From positions 868,001 through 932,000 of the forward strand of contig OZ024752.1 of NCBI GenBank assembly GCA_964016885.1: a stretch of DNA of 64,000 nucleotides. The letters run 5' to 3'. A model generated the notes under the pieces. It saw nothing but the letters and a program-made list of their open reading frames with translations. It made no database searches and was not told the DNA's origin. Position numbers and translations under genes: made by a program. The stretch comes from Eledone cirrhosa (taxonomy: Eukaryota). Below are positions 14,401-27,479 of the stretch, in pieces; position 1 is the stretch's first letter, and every line of letters starts with the position of its first letter.

Positions 14401-14840
14401 GATTCTCAGGAAAATGTGAAAACTTGGCATATGGAAGCTGTTAGAACAGCAAAATACTGTTGAAGCGGCGTTGGGTAAAATATTACTTTGAAGGACAGAG
14501 ATCAGCGGCTAGATATGAGTTGACTTGAAGGAAGGAAGAGAAGATAGGATGGAGGAAAAAGAAGGGATGAAAGAGAACAGGTCACAAACATTAATATTAA
14601 CTCGTTGAAACTGTTGGAGGTTGAGATCTGATGAGCGTATATTAATGTTTGTGATCTGTTCGCTTTCATCCATTCTTTTTCCTCCATCCTATCTTTTCTT
14701 CTCTTCCTTCCTTCGAGTCAACTCACATCTAGCCGCTGATCTCTGTCATTCTAGGTAATATTTTACCCAACGCCACTTCGATGGTATTTTGCTGTTCTAA
14801 AAGCTTCCATAGGCCGAGTTTTCCCATTTTCCTGAGAATC
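14401..14840. repeat. Foldback palindrome, ~200-bp arms, ~40-bp loop
   Basis: 14401-14597 is the diverged reverse complement of 14638-14840 (gattctcaggaaaatg... / ...cattttcctgagaatc). Confidence 0.9.
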
Positions 14841-14854
14841 ATATATATATATAT

Positions 14855-15625
14855 CATAATCATCATCATCATTTTATGTTTGCTTTTCCCTGCTTGCAAG
14901 GGTGGGATGGGTCTTATTAAGCATGGCATCTCTCTACTCGTCATGGTCCTTTGTCATCTCCTCTGTGAGCTTCTGCGATCTGGTCTGCTCTCATCACCTC
15001 TGCTCAAGTTTTCGTGGTCTTCCTCGACTGCGTCTTCCTTCTACTGGGATTTATTAACACTTCTTTACCCAGTGGTCATCCTCCATGCACATCACATGTC
15101 CATACCAACGCAATCTTCTCTCCTGCACACTAGTCTATCCCTCTTATACAGTTTCTCTCTCAACTCGTCTATGCTTGTTCGTTCACGCACATTGACATTG
15201 CACATCCAATGGAGCATGCTTGCTTCATTTCTCTCCAGCCGTCGCATATCTTCTACAGATGCTGCCCATGCCTCACTAACATACAGCATTGCGCATCTCA
15301 ATCAGGCATCATATAACCGGCCTTTCGTTTGTAGGGAGAAACCCTTCTTTGTCAACAGAGGAAGCAACTCCTTAAACTTCTTCCAACCCGTCCTTATTCT
15401 AGATACTATGGCCTCGAAGCAACCTCCTCTCTTACTAATCTGATCACCTAGGTATTGGAAGCTATCAACCACCTACTCACATTTGAAAAACGTGTCTATC
15501 ACTGCGACTACTACTATCAAATTTCCCAGTACGTCTACTGCATATATAGTTTTCCCTACCTGTTAGCTTGCCTGCTATCCCATTACATCTCTTGTGTACC
15601 CAAGATCTGCATTGTGTACATTTTA
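14855..15625 (-). mobile_element. RTE LINE 3' fragment
   Basis: Minus ORF AMLYVSEAWA...RRLERNEASMLHWMC and a (GAT)n tail at ~14860. Confidence 0.85.
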
Positions 15626-15789
15626 TATATATAGTATTAGTGAAATGTTGAAAAAATATCCTATTGCATGAGGTTCAATTACTAACCCCCTTGTGCCAGC
15701 ATACATTTATCTGCGTGATCTGTCTGCTGTTTGAAGTACATCTGGAATGATTTTCATGGAATTCCACCCTGTCACGGGCTGGTGTACGT

Positions 15790-16212
15790 TTAGATTTGTA
15801 CCTGTAATCACTGGAGCTCTGGGATATGTTACTAACTGCGTCAATACAAATCTTGAGAAGATGGGTTTCACAGAAACAGAAAGAGCACAGCTAATTAGGA
15901 AATTGCAAGTACAGTCCATTAATGGAACTGTAAAAATATGTAAAACATTCCAAAATGTTAGCAAGTAATAGCTGCATATACATATGTATAGACACAGAAA
16001 TATATGTATAAGTGCACATGCAACTCAATCCATTCAGATCCACATATGCAGCGACATCCATCCTTGAAAACAACACACACACACAGACATACACACACAC
16101 ACACACACATACATAATTACCTAGGTGATGTCTAAATTCCAATGAAAGAGTTTTGTTTCTGTGTTAGAAACCAGCTTACTCTCTATTGGTGAGAAATTAA
16201 TAGAAAAAAATT
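15790..16212 (+). mobile_element. 3' end of an R4/Dong-like (restriction-like endonuclease) non-LTR retrotransposon
   Basis: FVPVITGALG...LQVQSINGTVKICKTF resembles the conserved C-terminus of that clade. An A-rich end lies at ~16205. Confidence 0.55.
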
Positions 16213-16219
16213 CGAACAT

Positions 16220-16337
16220 ACATATGTATGTATGTAAGTACTCACATACATATACATACTTGCATGTACATACATATGTATGTATGTATGTATGTATGTA
16301 AGTACTCACATACATATACATACTTGCATGTACATAC

Positions 16338-16393
<56 letters not shown>

Positions 16394-16625
16394 GTACTCA
16401 CATACATATACATACATGCATGTACATACATATGTATGAATGCATGTACATATGTATGTATTTACATACATACACATGTATGGCATGTATGTGTGTGTAC
16501 ATACATAAATGTGTATGTGTGTATATATGTATTTACATACATATATATGTATGTATGCATATGTGTATTTATATACACATATATGCATATATGTACATAC
16601 CTATATACAAACATATATGCATAAA
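16220..16625. repeat. (TATG)n/(TA)n compound microsatellite
   Basis: Read directly from the sequence. Confidence 0.9.
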
Positions 16626-16846
16626 GATGACAGATCTGAACACATATTAAGATATTCTGTATTATGTACATTAATATATTCAGACATAAACCCCCTCCCC
16701 ACACGCACACATATATACTACTGTATGATGATGATGATGAGGAGGAGGAGGAGTCAAGTACATTGGAGAGAAATTAGGAAAGTGGAGAGAAAAAGAACAA
16801 GCAAAAATAACAAAGAACAACAGTAACAAACATAAGACAAAACTGA

Positions 16847-16877
<31 letters not shown>

Positions 16878-17240
16878 ATGAGTAGAAAAATAAAAGAACA
16901 TGAAAATAGATAATAAACAGAGGAAAATAAGATAGCAGGAGGAAAAGACAGGATTAAAGAAGAAACTAAGAATAAGACAGGAAAGAAGGGAAGAAGTCAA
17001 TGAGAAAAGAAAGAAAAATAAAATGAAAAGAAAGATGTTTAAAAATAAGAGAAAGAAAAGAAATTACAGAATAGAATGACGATAAGGAAAAAGAAACAAA
17101 GAAGACGGAAGATGAATGAAGAAGAGAAATAAGAGAGATTATGAAGAAGACTAAAGGGAGAAGAAATATGAGAAGAAAGGAAAGTAATGGAATAGATGAA
17201 GACAATAGATAAAGAATTGTCAAAAAAAAAAAATATGCAT

Positions 17241-17271
<31 letters not shown>

Positions 17272-17894
17272 ACCTACAAACAGTAGAAGTAGGAAAGTAA
17301 GATGTAGCCAAAGTTGGTAAAAAGAGGATAAAAATTATAACTTAAAAATTGTTCAGGGACAAAATGTTTGATTGTTTGGGGGTTTTTTTTCTTAAAAATA
17401 CTTTTTAAGTTCAGTGATTCATAGCCATCTTTTGTATTACATAGCACCCACTTTCTATGTTGTTTTTACTGTATTCCACATAATGTTTCCATATTAATAT
17501 TGAAATTTTTATAAATTTTAGATTGAGGGTTTGCAAGTTGTTCCCTTAGTCAGGCATTAGAGCCATCAAGAACAATATGGAAGCAGCAGAGTGGGCATCT
17601 ATATGGCTGTAGCTGAAAAACAAAAAGTGTCCAAGTGGTCAGTAAAATGTCAGTTGGACATAGACTGAGGATAGGCTAACCTTGGTTGAATCTCTGGGAT
17701 GAAGGTACATATTGTAATACCCAACACACATAGGGGCTCCATGATACAACACTGATGATATGATATGTATAAGTATTTGCATCCATAGATGTATGAAGAA
17801 CTATATATATATATATTGGAACACGGACGTTAAACGTTGATGATGATGATGATGATATTGTTATATTTGGGGAGGGTCATATTGTTATAATAAT

Positions 17895-18065
17895 TGTTTC
17901 TACTTTTGGCACAAGGCCAGCAATTATCCCAGTGCATTACTGGTACTTTATTTTATTGACCCCGTAAGGATGAAAAGCAAAGTTAACCTCGGCGGGATTT
18001 GAACTCAGACCATAAAGGGCCGTAACTCTTTGCTGCAAAGCGTCCGACCCTCTACCGATACTGCC
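17895..18065 (-). mobile_element. tRNA-derived SINE
   Basis: Reverse complement of the family consensus. TSD gttataataat. Confidence 0.85.
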
Positions 18066-19169
18066 GTTATAATAATGCCAAAAATAATAAAACACACTCA
18101 CTGTTTGGTTTGGATTGGTTTTCGCTTCTGTATTTTTTATATCTCCATAGTTAATTTATCTGGCAATCAATGATTATCATTGATTGACCAACGGTTAAAA
18201 ATACAGATGTAAATATATATATATAGTCTATCAAAGTTCTTTCATCACACATCTGTGACATCATCAGTGGTACTAACATGTTTCCTCCTGTTGTTTTGCA
18301 ATGTCTATGCCATTGTTATAATGGTGATGATTAGGTGCTCCCCTTCCCCTTCTATACCTCTGATAACCTTTCCTGTTCAACCCAGACTCGCACAATAGAT
18401 GCTCTCTCATAATGCTGGTGCCATGACGCAAAAGCATCAATTCCACTCTGTATATTTCAACATGATATTTTGGAGCTATTACTTTCTATTCAAATGTGAA
18501 ATGGAAACAGTTCAAAACAAAAAATGAATGATGGATGTGTTATCCCTTAACTGGTCTATATGTCTGAAATACTCATGTTTGGAGTTGCTACAGTAGCCAA
18601 TTTGCTTTGTACACTTTTTTGAAGCAAACTACAATAACCTCCTGTAAGTAACTAGATATACAAATTAGAAACACATACAGAAAAATATTGAGAGATCTGA
18701 CCAGATACTAAAACAAAGCATCAAACAAATTGAGCAAAAACTGCAACATTTATGGGGAGGGTTGTGGTAGTTGAATGATCGGAAGTACAAAAACATTTAA
18801 ACAATCAAAAGATTTTTTTTTGTTATTGTGAATAAGACAATTTAGTCATCATTTTTTTTTATTGGATTTATCTGACTGATTATCTTTATTTTAGAAAATA
18901 GTTCAGCAATATATTCTGGAAGAAGGTACTTACTAAAGGGGGATTTGACATCCAAGTTTTCAAAGTAACCAATGTTGTCATGTTTGGCAATTCTAGCTGA
19001 TGTCATGGTGGCAGCAAGTAGAAGTAGAGAGGGATGTTTTGCCTAAAGATGTCTCTGCTATTTAGGATTATGCTGCCTGATCTGATTAAGCAAAATCTGA
19101 AAATATAAGGAGAAAACATTAAACAATTTGTTTATGAACACACACAAGCACAAATGTATGTAGATATAT

Positions 19170-20062
19170 ATCATCATCATCATCGATTAATGTCTATCTT
19201 CCATACTAGCATGGATTAGACAGGTCCCATTAGAGACAAGTTGGGCCGGGTGACTGTGTCTTGCTTATATAGGGGTGTTTCTGGCTGGTTTTCTACGGCT
19301 GGATGCCCTTCCTAATGCCAACCACATTGACAGTGTGTGCTGGGTGCTTTTTGCCGTGTCTTTTACACGTCAACTTTACAGTGTGGGCTGGGTGTTTTTT
19401 GCCGTGTCTTTTATATGTCCACAGTGTGGGCTGGGGGGCATACTGTACGTATGATTCAGCGTGTGCTCGTGGGAAGCTGGATTTTCTGTATTACTGTGTA
19501 TCACCAGAGATCCTGGTCATGTGTCATCACCTTTAAGAGGTGCAATGGGCAAGGTTGGCTTTTATCACCTCATCCCAGGTCTTCCTGGGTCTCCCCACTC
19601 CAAGGCTTCCAACGACTTTGAGTGCTCTGCACATTTTTATGCAGCTGTCATCCTTCATACGCAACACATGTCCATAACAATGCAATCTCCTCTCCTGCAC
19701 ACAGCATTTGATTCCTCTTATGCCTAGTTTCTGTCAGTTCATTTATGCTTTACCGTTCTCATATATTACTATTACACATCCATCGGAGCATGCAGGCTTC
19801 ATTTCTTTCCAAACTACACATGTCTTCTGCACACAGCACCCAAGTCTCACTACCATGCAACATAGCTGTACATATGCACACATCATACAGTCCGCCTTTC
19901 ATTCTGAGGGAGAAGTCTTTTGTAGCCAGCAGTGGTAGTAGCTCCCTGAACTTCCATCCCATTCTTACTCTGGCTACTGTACTTTCAGAATGCCCACCGC
20001 CGCTGCTAATTCGGTCACCTAAGTAGCAGAAGCTGTCTACTGTTTTTACAGAGCCCTCCAAG
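19170..20062 (-). mobile_element. RTE LINE 3' fragment
   Basis: Minus ORF FCYLGD...AMLHGSETW...LERNEACMLRWMC, followed by the 3' UTR motif and a (GAT)n tail. Confidence 0.9.
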
Positions 20063-20361
20063 AATTTGGTAGTGCTTGTTTCCTACTGACTTGGCTTAAA
20101 AGAGGCTGTTTGCATAATTGCAAATGAATAGAATATTATTATTAATATTTGAAAACTCAGATTACATTTATTGTATTCAACCATGTAGAGTGATAGCTAT
20201 TTGTTAGTATATATATGTATTATAACCATCAACATAGTCAAGGTATGTCAGGCATCAACTTATCTGATGAGGACGTACTATTGAAATAGCTCAGTATCTG
20301 AAATATGTATAATAAAATATATTTGATCACATGAATGTCTATATTTATTAATATTTTGAAG

Positions 20362-20411
<50 letters not shown>

Positions 20412-21782
20412 AAACTTTCTGCCTGAAGCTACTGGCTGCACATGTGCATTGATAAAAGAACCAGCACAATTCTTTTTCTGTTTGTCTCATATGATCAAAT
20501 AGAACATATGTATTCAATGTGTGCATGTGTGTATGTATCATAATTGTGTGACGTATATGTTAATGTCTAGTGTGTTTATAAATTGGTGTACGTATGTACA
20601 CTTGTATTTCCAAATGGGGAATAAGTGCTTTGTACAGAAAAGAAAGTGTATGTTTTATTAGAAGTTGAAACTTTTTGAATCATAACTCACAATATAACAC
20701 CTATTGTTCAGGCAAGTGAAGTATAGAAGCAGCATGGCAATATATAAGCAAAAATATTTGCAAACCCATTGAATTATGAAGAGTTGGTATTACTTTGAGA
20801 TGTGATTGGTTGCTAGACAAAAATGTTAGAAAATATTTTACACATTCATCTATTTATTACTATATGTAGGACTGCATGGCTGAAAGCAAAGAAGTCAGAT
20901 GAAAATTATGGATAGCAACAAATGTCTCTAACATAAATATGAAACTATTCAAAATGCCTTGTTTTGTGCTACAGATCTTGTCCATTCCACTGCAAAGCTG
21001 CTCACAACCAGAATTGTTCTTCAGATAGTACTGAAAAACTAATTAGGTATATTCTGCAGACATACCAAAGTATCAGAGCAATGAACTCCAAAGAACTAAT
21101 AAGAACAGTTGCAGTTCTAAGCAGACCTGTGAGAATTGTTGTGTAGTAATTAGAGGAATAGAAAATGTATATTTGACTGGTTTATCTGATAACTGAATCA
21201 GGAAAATAGCAAACATACTTTATACAGCATTGATTTTTTTTTGTTCATAGGCACATCATCATCATCATAGATGGAAATGTTAACTTAGCATCAACAAAAG
21301 CCTAAGTAAGAGGCTATGTTTTTTGGAAGCAACACTGGGAAAATTAACAAATATTAACAGATTAAGAGATTACATAAACAGCAAATATATATATATATAT
21401 ACATACACACACACAGGGTGTGCCCAAAAAGTGTATACACACTTTGATTACCTGTACTATATTAGCTAAGTAGAAGTTGCTATATCTTGCTTTCATGGAT
21501 CTGGGGAGGTCTTTGAGAGAATACCATAATCTGTTATCTGGTGATCCTTAACGAAACTAGACATAGAAGAATGGCTCATAAGAGCAGTGCAAGCTATATA
21601 CAGAGGTGCTGTTAGTAAGGAGAGAAAAGAGAGTAGGTAATGAGTTTAGTAAGGAATTCAAAGTACTGGTAAGTGTGTTCATCAGAGCTCAATCCTCAGC
21701 CCACTCCTGTTCTTCAGAGGAGATCAAGAGTGATTATCCATGGGAACTTCTATTTGCTGATGATCTGGTTCTTATAGAAAAA
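19819..21782. repeat. Left (source) arm of a ~1.96-kb inverted duplication
   Basis: Reverse complement of 24629-26590. Identical ORF translations appear on opposite strands (20964+ / 25264-; 19759- / 26348+). Confidence 0.97.
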
Positions 21783-22695
21783 TCTGTGGAAAAGCTAAAA
21801 AAGACATTCCTACTAGAAATACAAAACTTAAATTAAAAAAAGGCAGCAAAAACCAAAGTTTTAGTAAGTAGGAAAGACGGAACCTCCACCCCATTGAGGA
21901 AGTTGCCTTGCTTGATATGTAGAAAAGGAGTAAGTAGAAATTCTATACAGTGTACACAAGAGGTATAGTGGGATAGCAGGCTGATTAACAGAAAAAGTAG
22001 ACTTCGTATGTGGCAGATGTACAAGAATAGTCAGTGTCAGTGAAATAAAATGTTTCCAATCCCAAGAAGGATTCGTAGAAGTGGTTGATAACTCCTGCTA
22101 CCTATGTGATCTAATTAGCAGAGGAGGAGGTTGCTCTGAGAATATAGTAGGTAGAATAAGATCAGGACAGAAAAAGTTCAGAACCACTACCTCTGTTGAC
22201 AACAAAAAGCTTTCTCTCTATGAATGAAAGGCTGGTTATATGATACCTGAGTGTGGTGTTGCATGGTAGTGAGACATGGGCAATACAGCAGAGGACATTT
22301 GAAGGCTGGAGAGGAATGAAGTGAGCATACTCTAATGGATGTACAATGTTAATGTATATCAATGACAAAGCATGGATAGACTGAGAGAAAAGCTGGGTAT
22401 AAGAGGAATCAGATGTAGTATGTAGGAGAGAAGACTGTGCTAGTATGTACATATGATGTGTATAGATAGATGATCGTTGGATGAAATAGTGCCAAGAAAT
22501 CCCAGTGAAAGGAAGCTGCTGTAGAAGAAAGCTAAAGAAACCTGGGCAGAGGTGGTGAGAGCAGACCTCAAAATACTAAACCTCACAGAGAAGATGACAA
22601 AGGAATGCAATGTGTGGAGGGAGAATGTTTTGGAAAGGAAAAGATGTCCAACCCATGCAAGCATGAAAAAGCGGACATAAAACGATGATGCTGAT
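21520..22695 (+). mobile_element. Old, degenerate RTE LINE 3' portion
   Basis: PWELLFADDLVLI, then LHGSETWA, then a gatgatg tail. Confidence 0.8.
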
Positions 22696-23971
22696 GATTG
22701 TAAAGTGAATTTCTTAATGTATCATGCTGTATCTGGTAAATCATCTTAAAAATATGCACAAGAATGTTGTCCATGTTATTCATGCAATGAGCGTATTATT
22801 TAGACCTATTAACAAGGTATTGAAGTTTTAATCACAGAACAGCTTATGGAGGTGTTATCAATTCTGTTTCATATAGACTTCAGATGTACCAGGACAATGA
22901 AATTTTCTTAGGTTCAGATTCAGAAGAAATAGATATTTTGTATGCCAGCTGTTAAATGTTTTTTTTTAAGCCCTACATAATCTTCTCAATATCAAGTTCT
23001 GAATTACTTTGGCTCAGAAAACTAATGCTTTTGAGCAAGAAGTAATGTTATGCTGTTTCAGTTAGTCATATTGATTCAAGCTATTAGAGTTGTGCTGTTT
23101 TCCTTACAACTGTAGCTAACTTATTGCTGTGTGGAAAACATTACTACCTTGTCTTCTTCAAAAATGTGTTCATTTTTTTTTTAAACACTTAAAGAAATTT
23201 TGTTCAGCTTAATATAATTGAAATATTTTTTAACTTACATTTTGAATTCTATATAATATTTTCTAACTATAAAAGCATTTTACACTATATTTTAAGTTAC
23301 TTTAATTGAATTCTACATTATTTTGTATTTTCTTTAAACTAGAATGCTCCAAACAACATTACTTTTTTTGATTGTCTAATGTAAATGTTTGTTTTCTATG
23401 TACAGCTGTTTCGAGTTTATATTATGTTTATCTTGTCATTATAGATACTTGTATAAATGTGCTTTTATAGAAATTCATTATAAAATAGAATATCTATCTA
23501 TCCCAGATAGCAGTCTCATACCTTATCTGTTCAGAAAATTCAATTGTCAATTCTCTAAAATCACTTACTCTCGGGTCCTAAATAATGGGGTTAGAAAGGT
23601 GGTAATTTTTCTAGGTTATCTCCCTTGATTTAAAAAAAACAAAAACAGAATTAATTCTTTAGTTTACATATTGAGACTCACAACCAATCCTATTTATTTT
23701 ATAACCTATGGGATTTCTTGTAATGTTCTTTTTTTTGTCATGTATAATGTTTTTTAATGCCTAAAGAAAATTAATTATCACAGGAATGCTACCACTTAAA
23801 ATAAAATGTTGACAGGGATAGATTAGCAAAATTTGATAAGTGGGAGGTGAAGGGAGTGGAATAAGAGTGGAGGTTTGAAAAAAAATCTGAAAAATTAATA
23901 AGCAAGTCCTAAGAGTACTTAACTATAGACCAAAAGATAGGGGTAAGGTGTCATTATCCTTTCTTAAGAAG

Positions 23972-24155
23972 GGCGGTGGATTGGCAGTATCGGTAGAGGG
24001 TCGGACACCATGCTTTCCAGCATAGTTACGTCCCTTTACGATCTGAGTTCAAATCCCGCCGAGGTTGACTTTGCCTTTCATCCTTACGGGGTCGATAAAA
24101 TAAAGTACCAGTAATGCACTGGGTAATTGCTGGCCTTGTGCCTAAAGTAGAAACA
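23972..24155 (+). mobile_element. Full-length tRNA-derived SINE
   Basis: A-box-like tggcagtatcgg and B-box gagttcaaatcc. 19-bp TSD attatcctttcttaagaag at 23953-23971 and 24156-24174. Confidence 0.92.
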
Positions 24156-24628
24156 ATTATCCTTTCTTAAGAAGCTGAGCAATGTTAATACTTCATTAGT
24201 AAGGAAAATATAGACAGGTCAACTCATATCAAGTAGAGCTACCATTTTCCAGACACAATGTACTGCATTGTATCATTGGTGTAGCCATAATATAGGTTGA
24301 TGATATCAATGGCACAATGTACTGTATTGTATCTTTGGTGTAGCTGTGATATAGGTTGATGATATCAATGATATTTGTAGTTTAATTTACACTCTGCTTA
24401 GTATTACTATTTAGTTGCTATTTAAAACTAAAAGTATGAAAACTAAGTCTAGTCTAAAGTCTGTTTCAAGCCAAGAGGCTCATTATGCCAGTGCTTATTC
24501 TGGTTTCATGTTATGAAGCGACTGAGAGTACAAGATTTCCCCCTGGACAGGACGCCTGTCCATCATGGGGTTAAACTCCCAGCTATTGCCATTCTCACTT
24601 TCAACTGAGCGTGCTCCAGCACACTCAG

Positions 24629-26011
24629 TTTTTCTATAAGAACCAGATCATCAGCAAATAGAAGTTCCCATGGATAATCACTCTTGATCTCCTCTGAAGA
24701 ACAGGAGTGGGCTGAGGATTGAGCTCTGATGAACACACTTACCAGTACTTTGAATTCCTTACTAAGCTCATTACCTACTCTCTTTTCTCTCCTTACTAAC
24801 AGCACCTCTGTATATAGCTTGCACTGCTCTTATGAGCCATTCTTCTATGTCTAGTTTCGTTAAGGATCACCAGATAACAGATTATGGTATTCTCTCAAAG
24901 ACCTCCCCAGATCCATGAAAGCAAGATATAGCAACTTCTACTTAGCTAATATAGTACAGGTAATCAAAGTGTGTATACACTTTTTGGGCACACCCTGTGT
25001 GTGTGTATGTATATATATATATATATTTGCTGTTTATGTAATCTCTTAATCTGTTAATATTTGTTAATTTTCCCAGTGTTGCTTCCAAAAAACATAGCCT
25101 CTTACTTAGGCTTTTGTTGATGCTAAGTTAACATTTCCATCTATGATGATGATGATGTGCCTATGAACAAAAAAAATCAATGCTGTATAAAGTATGTTTG
25201 CTATTTTCCTGATTCAGTTATCAGATAAACCAGTCAAATATACATTTTCTATTCCTCTAATTACTACACAACAATTCTCACAGGTCTGCTTAGAACTGCA
25301 ACTGTTCTTATTAGTTCTTTGGAGTTCATTGCTCTGATACTTTGGTATGTCTGCAGAATATACCTAATTAGTTTTTCAGTACTATCTGAAGAACAATTCT
25401 GGTTGTGAGCAGCTTTGCAGTGGAATGGACAAGATCTGTAGCACAAAACAAGGCACTTTGAATAGTTTCATGTTTATGTTAGACATTTGTTGCTAAATGA
25501 TTTGTTGCTATCCATAATTTTCATCTGACTTCTTTGCTTTCAGCCATGCAGTCCTACATATAGTAATAAATAGATGAATGTGTAAAATATTTTCTAACAT
25601 TTTTGTCTAGCAACCAATCACATCTCAAAGTAATACCGACTCTTCATAATTCAATGGGTTTGCAAATATTTTTGCTTATATATTGCCATGCTGCTTCTAT
25701 ACTTCACTTGCCTGAACAATAGGTGTTATATTGTGAGTTATGATTCAAAAAGTTTCAACTTCTAATAAAACATACACTTTCTTTTCTGTACAAAGCACTT
25801 ATTCCCCATTTGGAAATACAAGTGTACATACGTACACCAATTTATAAACACACTAGACATTAACATATACGTCACACAATTATGATACATACGCACATGC
25901 ACACATTGAATACATATGTTCTATTTGATCATATGAGACAAACAGAAAAAGAATTGTGCTGGTTCTTTTATCAATGCACATGTGCAGCCAGTAGCTTCAG
26001 GCAGAAAGTTT

Positions 26012-26047
<36 letters not shown>

Positions 26048-26590
26048 CTTCAAAATATTAATAAATATAGACATTCATGTGATCAAATATATTTTATTAT
26101 ACATATTTCAGATACTGAGCTATTTCAATAGTACGTCCTCATCAGATAAGTTGATGCCTGACATACCTTGACTATGTTGATGGTTATAATACATATATAT
26201 ACTAACAAATAGCTATCACTCTACATGGTTGAATACAATAAATGTAATCTGAGTTTTCAAATATTAATAATAATATTCTATTCATTTGCAATTATGCAAA
26301 CAGCCTCTTTTAAGCCAAGTCAGTAGGAAACAAGCACTACCAAATTCTTGGAGGGCTCTGTAAAAACAGTAGACAGCTTCTGCTACTTAGGTGACCGAAT
26401 TAGCAGCGGCGGTGGGCATTCTGAAAGTACAGTAGCCAGAGTAAGAATGGGATGGAAGTTCAGGGAGCTACTACCACTGCTGGCTACAAAAGACTTCTCC
26501 CTCAGAATGAAAGGCGGACTGTATGATGTGTGCATATGTACAGCTATGTTGCATGGTAGTGAGACTTGGGTGCTGTGTGCAGAAGACATG
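24629..26590. repeat. Right (inserted) arm of the ~1.96-kb inverted duplication
   Basis: Reverse complement of 19819-21782. It interrupts a SINE whose halves lie at ~24478-24617 and ~26586-26660. Confidence 0.97.
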
Positions 26591-26859
26591 AAATGAAGTC
26601 TTTTTCTTAAGAACACAACACACAACTCAGCCCAGGATTTGAACCCACATTAAGTCATTTGTCTAGTGAGGTGTATTTAATCCTTCACTGAAAAGGTTTT
26701 CCATTCTTGTAATTAATTTACTATTTTTATCTGCTGTAAAGAAATTGTGCATCATCATCATCATACATTTGTTTTCCATGATGGCATGGATTGGGCAGGC
26801 ACATAGTTCAAGACAAGATGGGTTGGATAAACATGTCTTACTTATACATTCCATATTTT

Positions 26860-27270
26860 GCCATGGTTTCTATAGTTGGATGTCTTTCCTAACACCAATT
26901 TCTTTACAGCATATACTGGGGACATGATTTCTATAGTTGGATGCCCTTCCTAACACCAACCACTTTACAGCATATACTGGGAACATGGTTTCTATGGCTT
27001 TTCATAACACTAACCAGTTTACAGCATGTACTGGGTGCATGGTATCTACAGCTGCAAGCCCTTCCTAACACCAACAATTTACAGCATGTACTGGGTACAT
27101 GGTTGGATGCCCTTTCTAACACCGACCGCCTTACATCATGTACTGGGTGCATGTTTTCTACGGCTGCATACCTTTCTAACACCAACCACTTTACAGCATG
27201 TACTGGGTCCATGTTTTCTACAGCTGCATACCTTCCTAACACCAACCACTTTACAGCATGTACTGGGAAC
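26860..27270 (-). repeat. Second tandem array of the ~60-bp RTE 3' UTR-derived unit
   Basis: About 7 copies of ...ttcctaacaccaaccactttacagcatgtactggg... Confidence 0.8.
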
Positions 27271-27479
27271 ATTCTATTGTCTTCAGTACTATCACATTAC
27301 AAGGTGGACTGCATTATATGTGTGTATTGTTGTATGTGGTTACACCTATTCACAGGTGTATATCTGAATGTATAGGTATATGTATACACCTATTTATGCA
27401 TATTAATATGAAATGCAGTTTGGGTTTGTGTCAGGTAAAAGTACCACAGACACCCTTTTCCTTGAACGACAAATACAGC

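Noticed and set aside
16740-17230. Hydrophobic Phe/Leu/Ser ORFs on the minus strand
   Set aside because: Translation of a purine-rich low-complexity tract.
20260-20305. CTGATGA...GAAA inside the duplicated arm
   Set aside because: No convincing stem I or stem II pairing.
23972-24060. tRNA gene
   Set aside because: The A/B boxes belong to a multi-copy SINE head, and there is no cloverleaf.
19819-26590. Large DNA transposon with 2-kb TIRs
   Set aside because: No TSD or transposase. The left arm is continuous with flanking LINE sequence at both ends, and the right arm splits a SINE.
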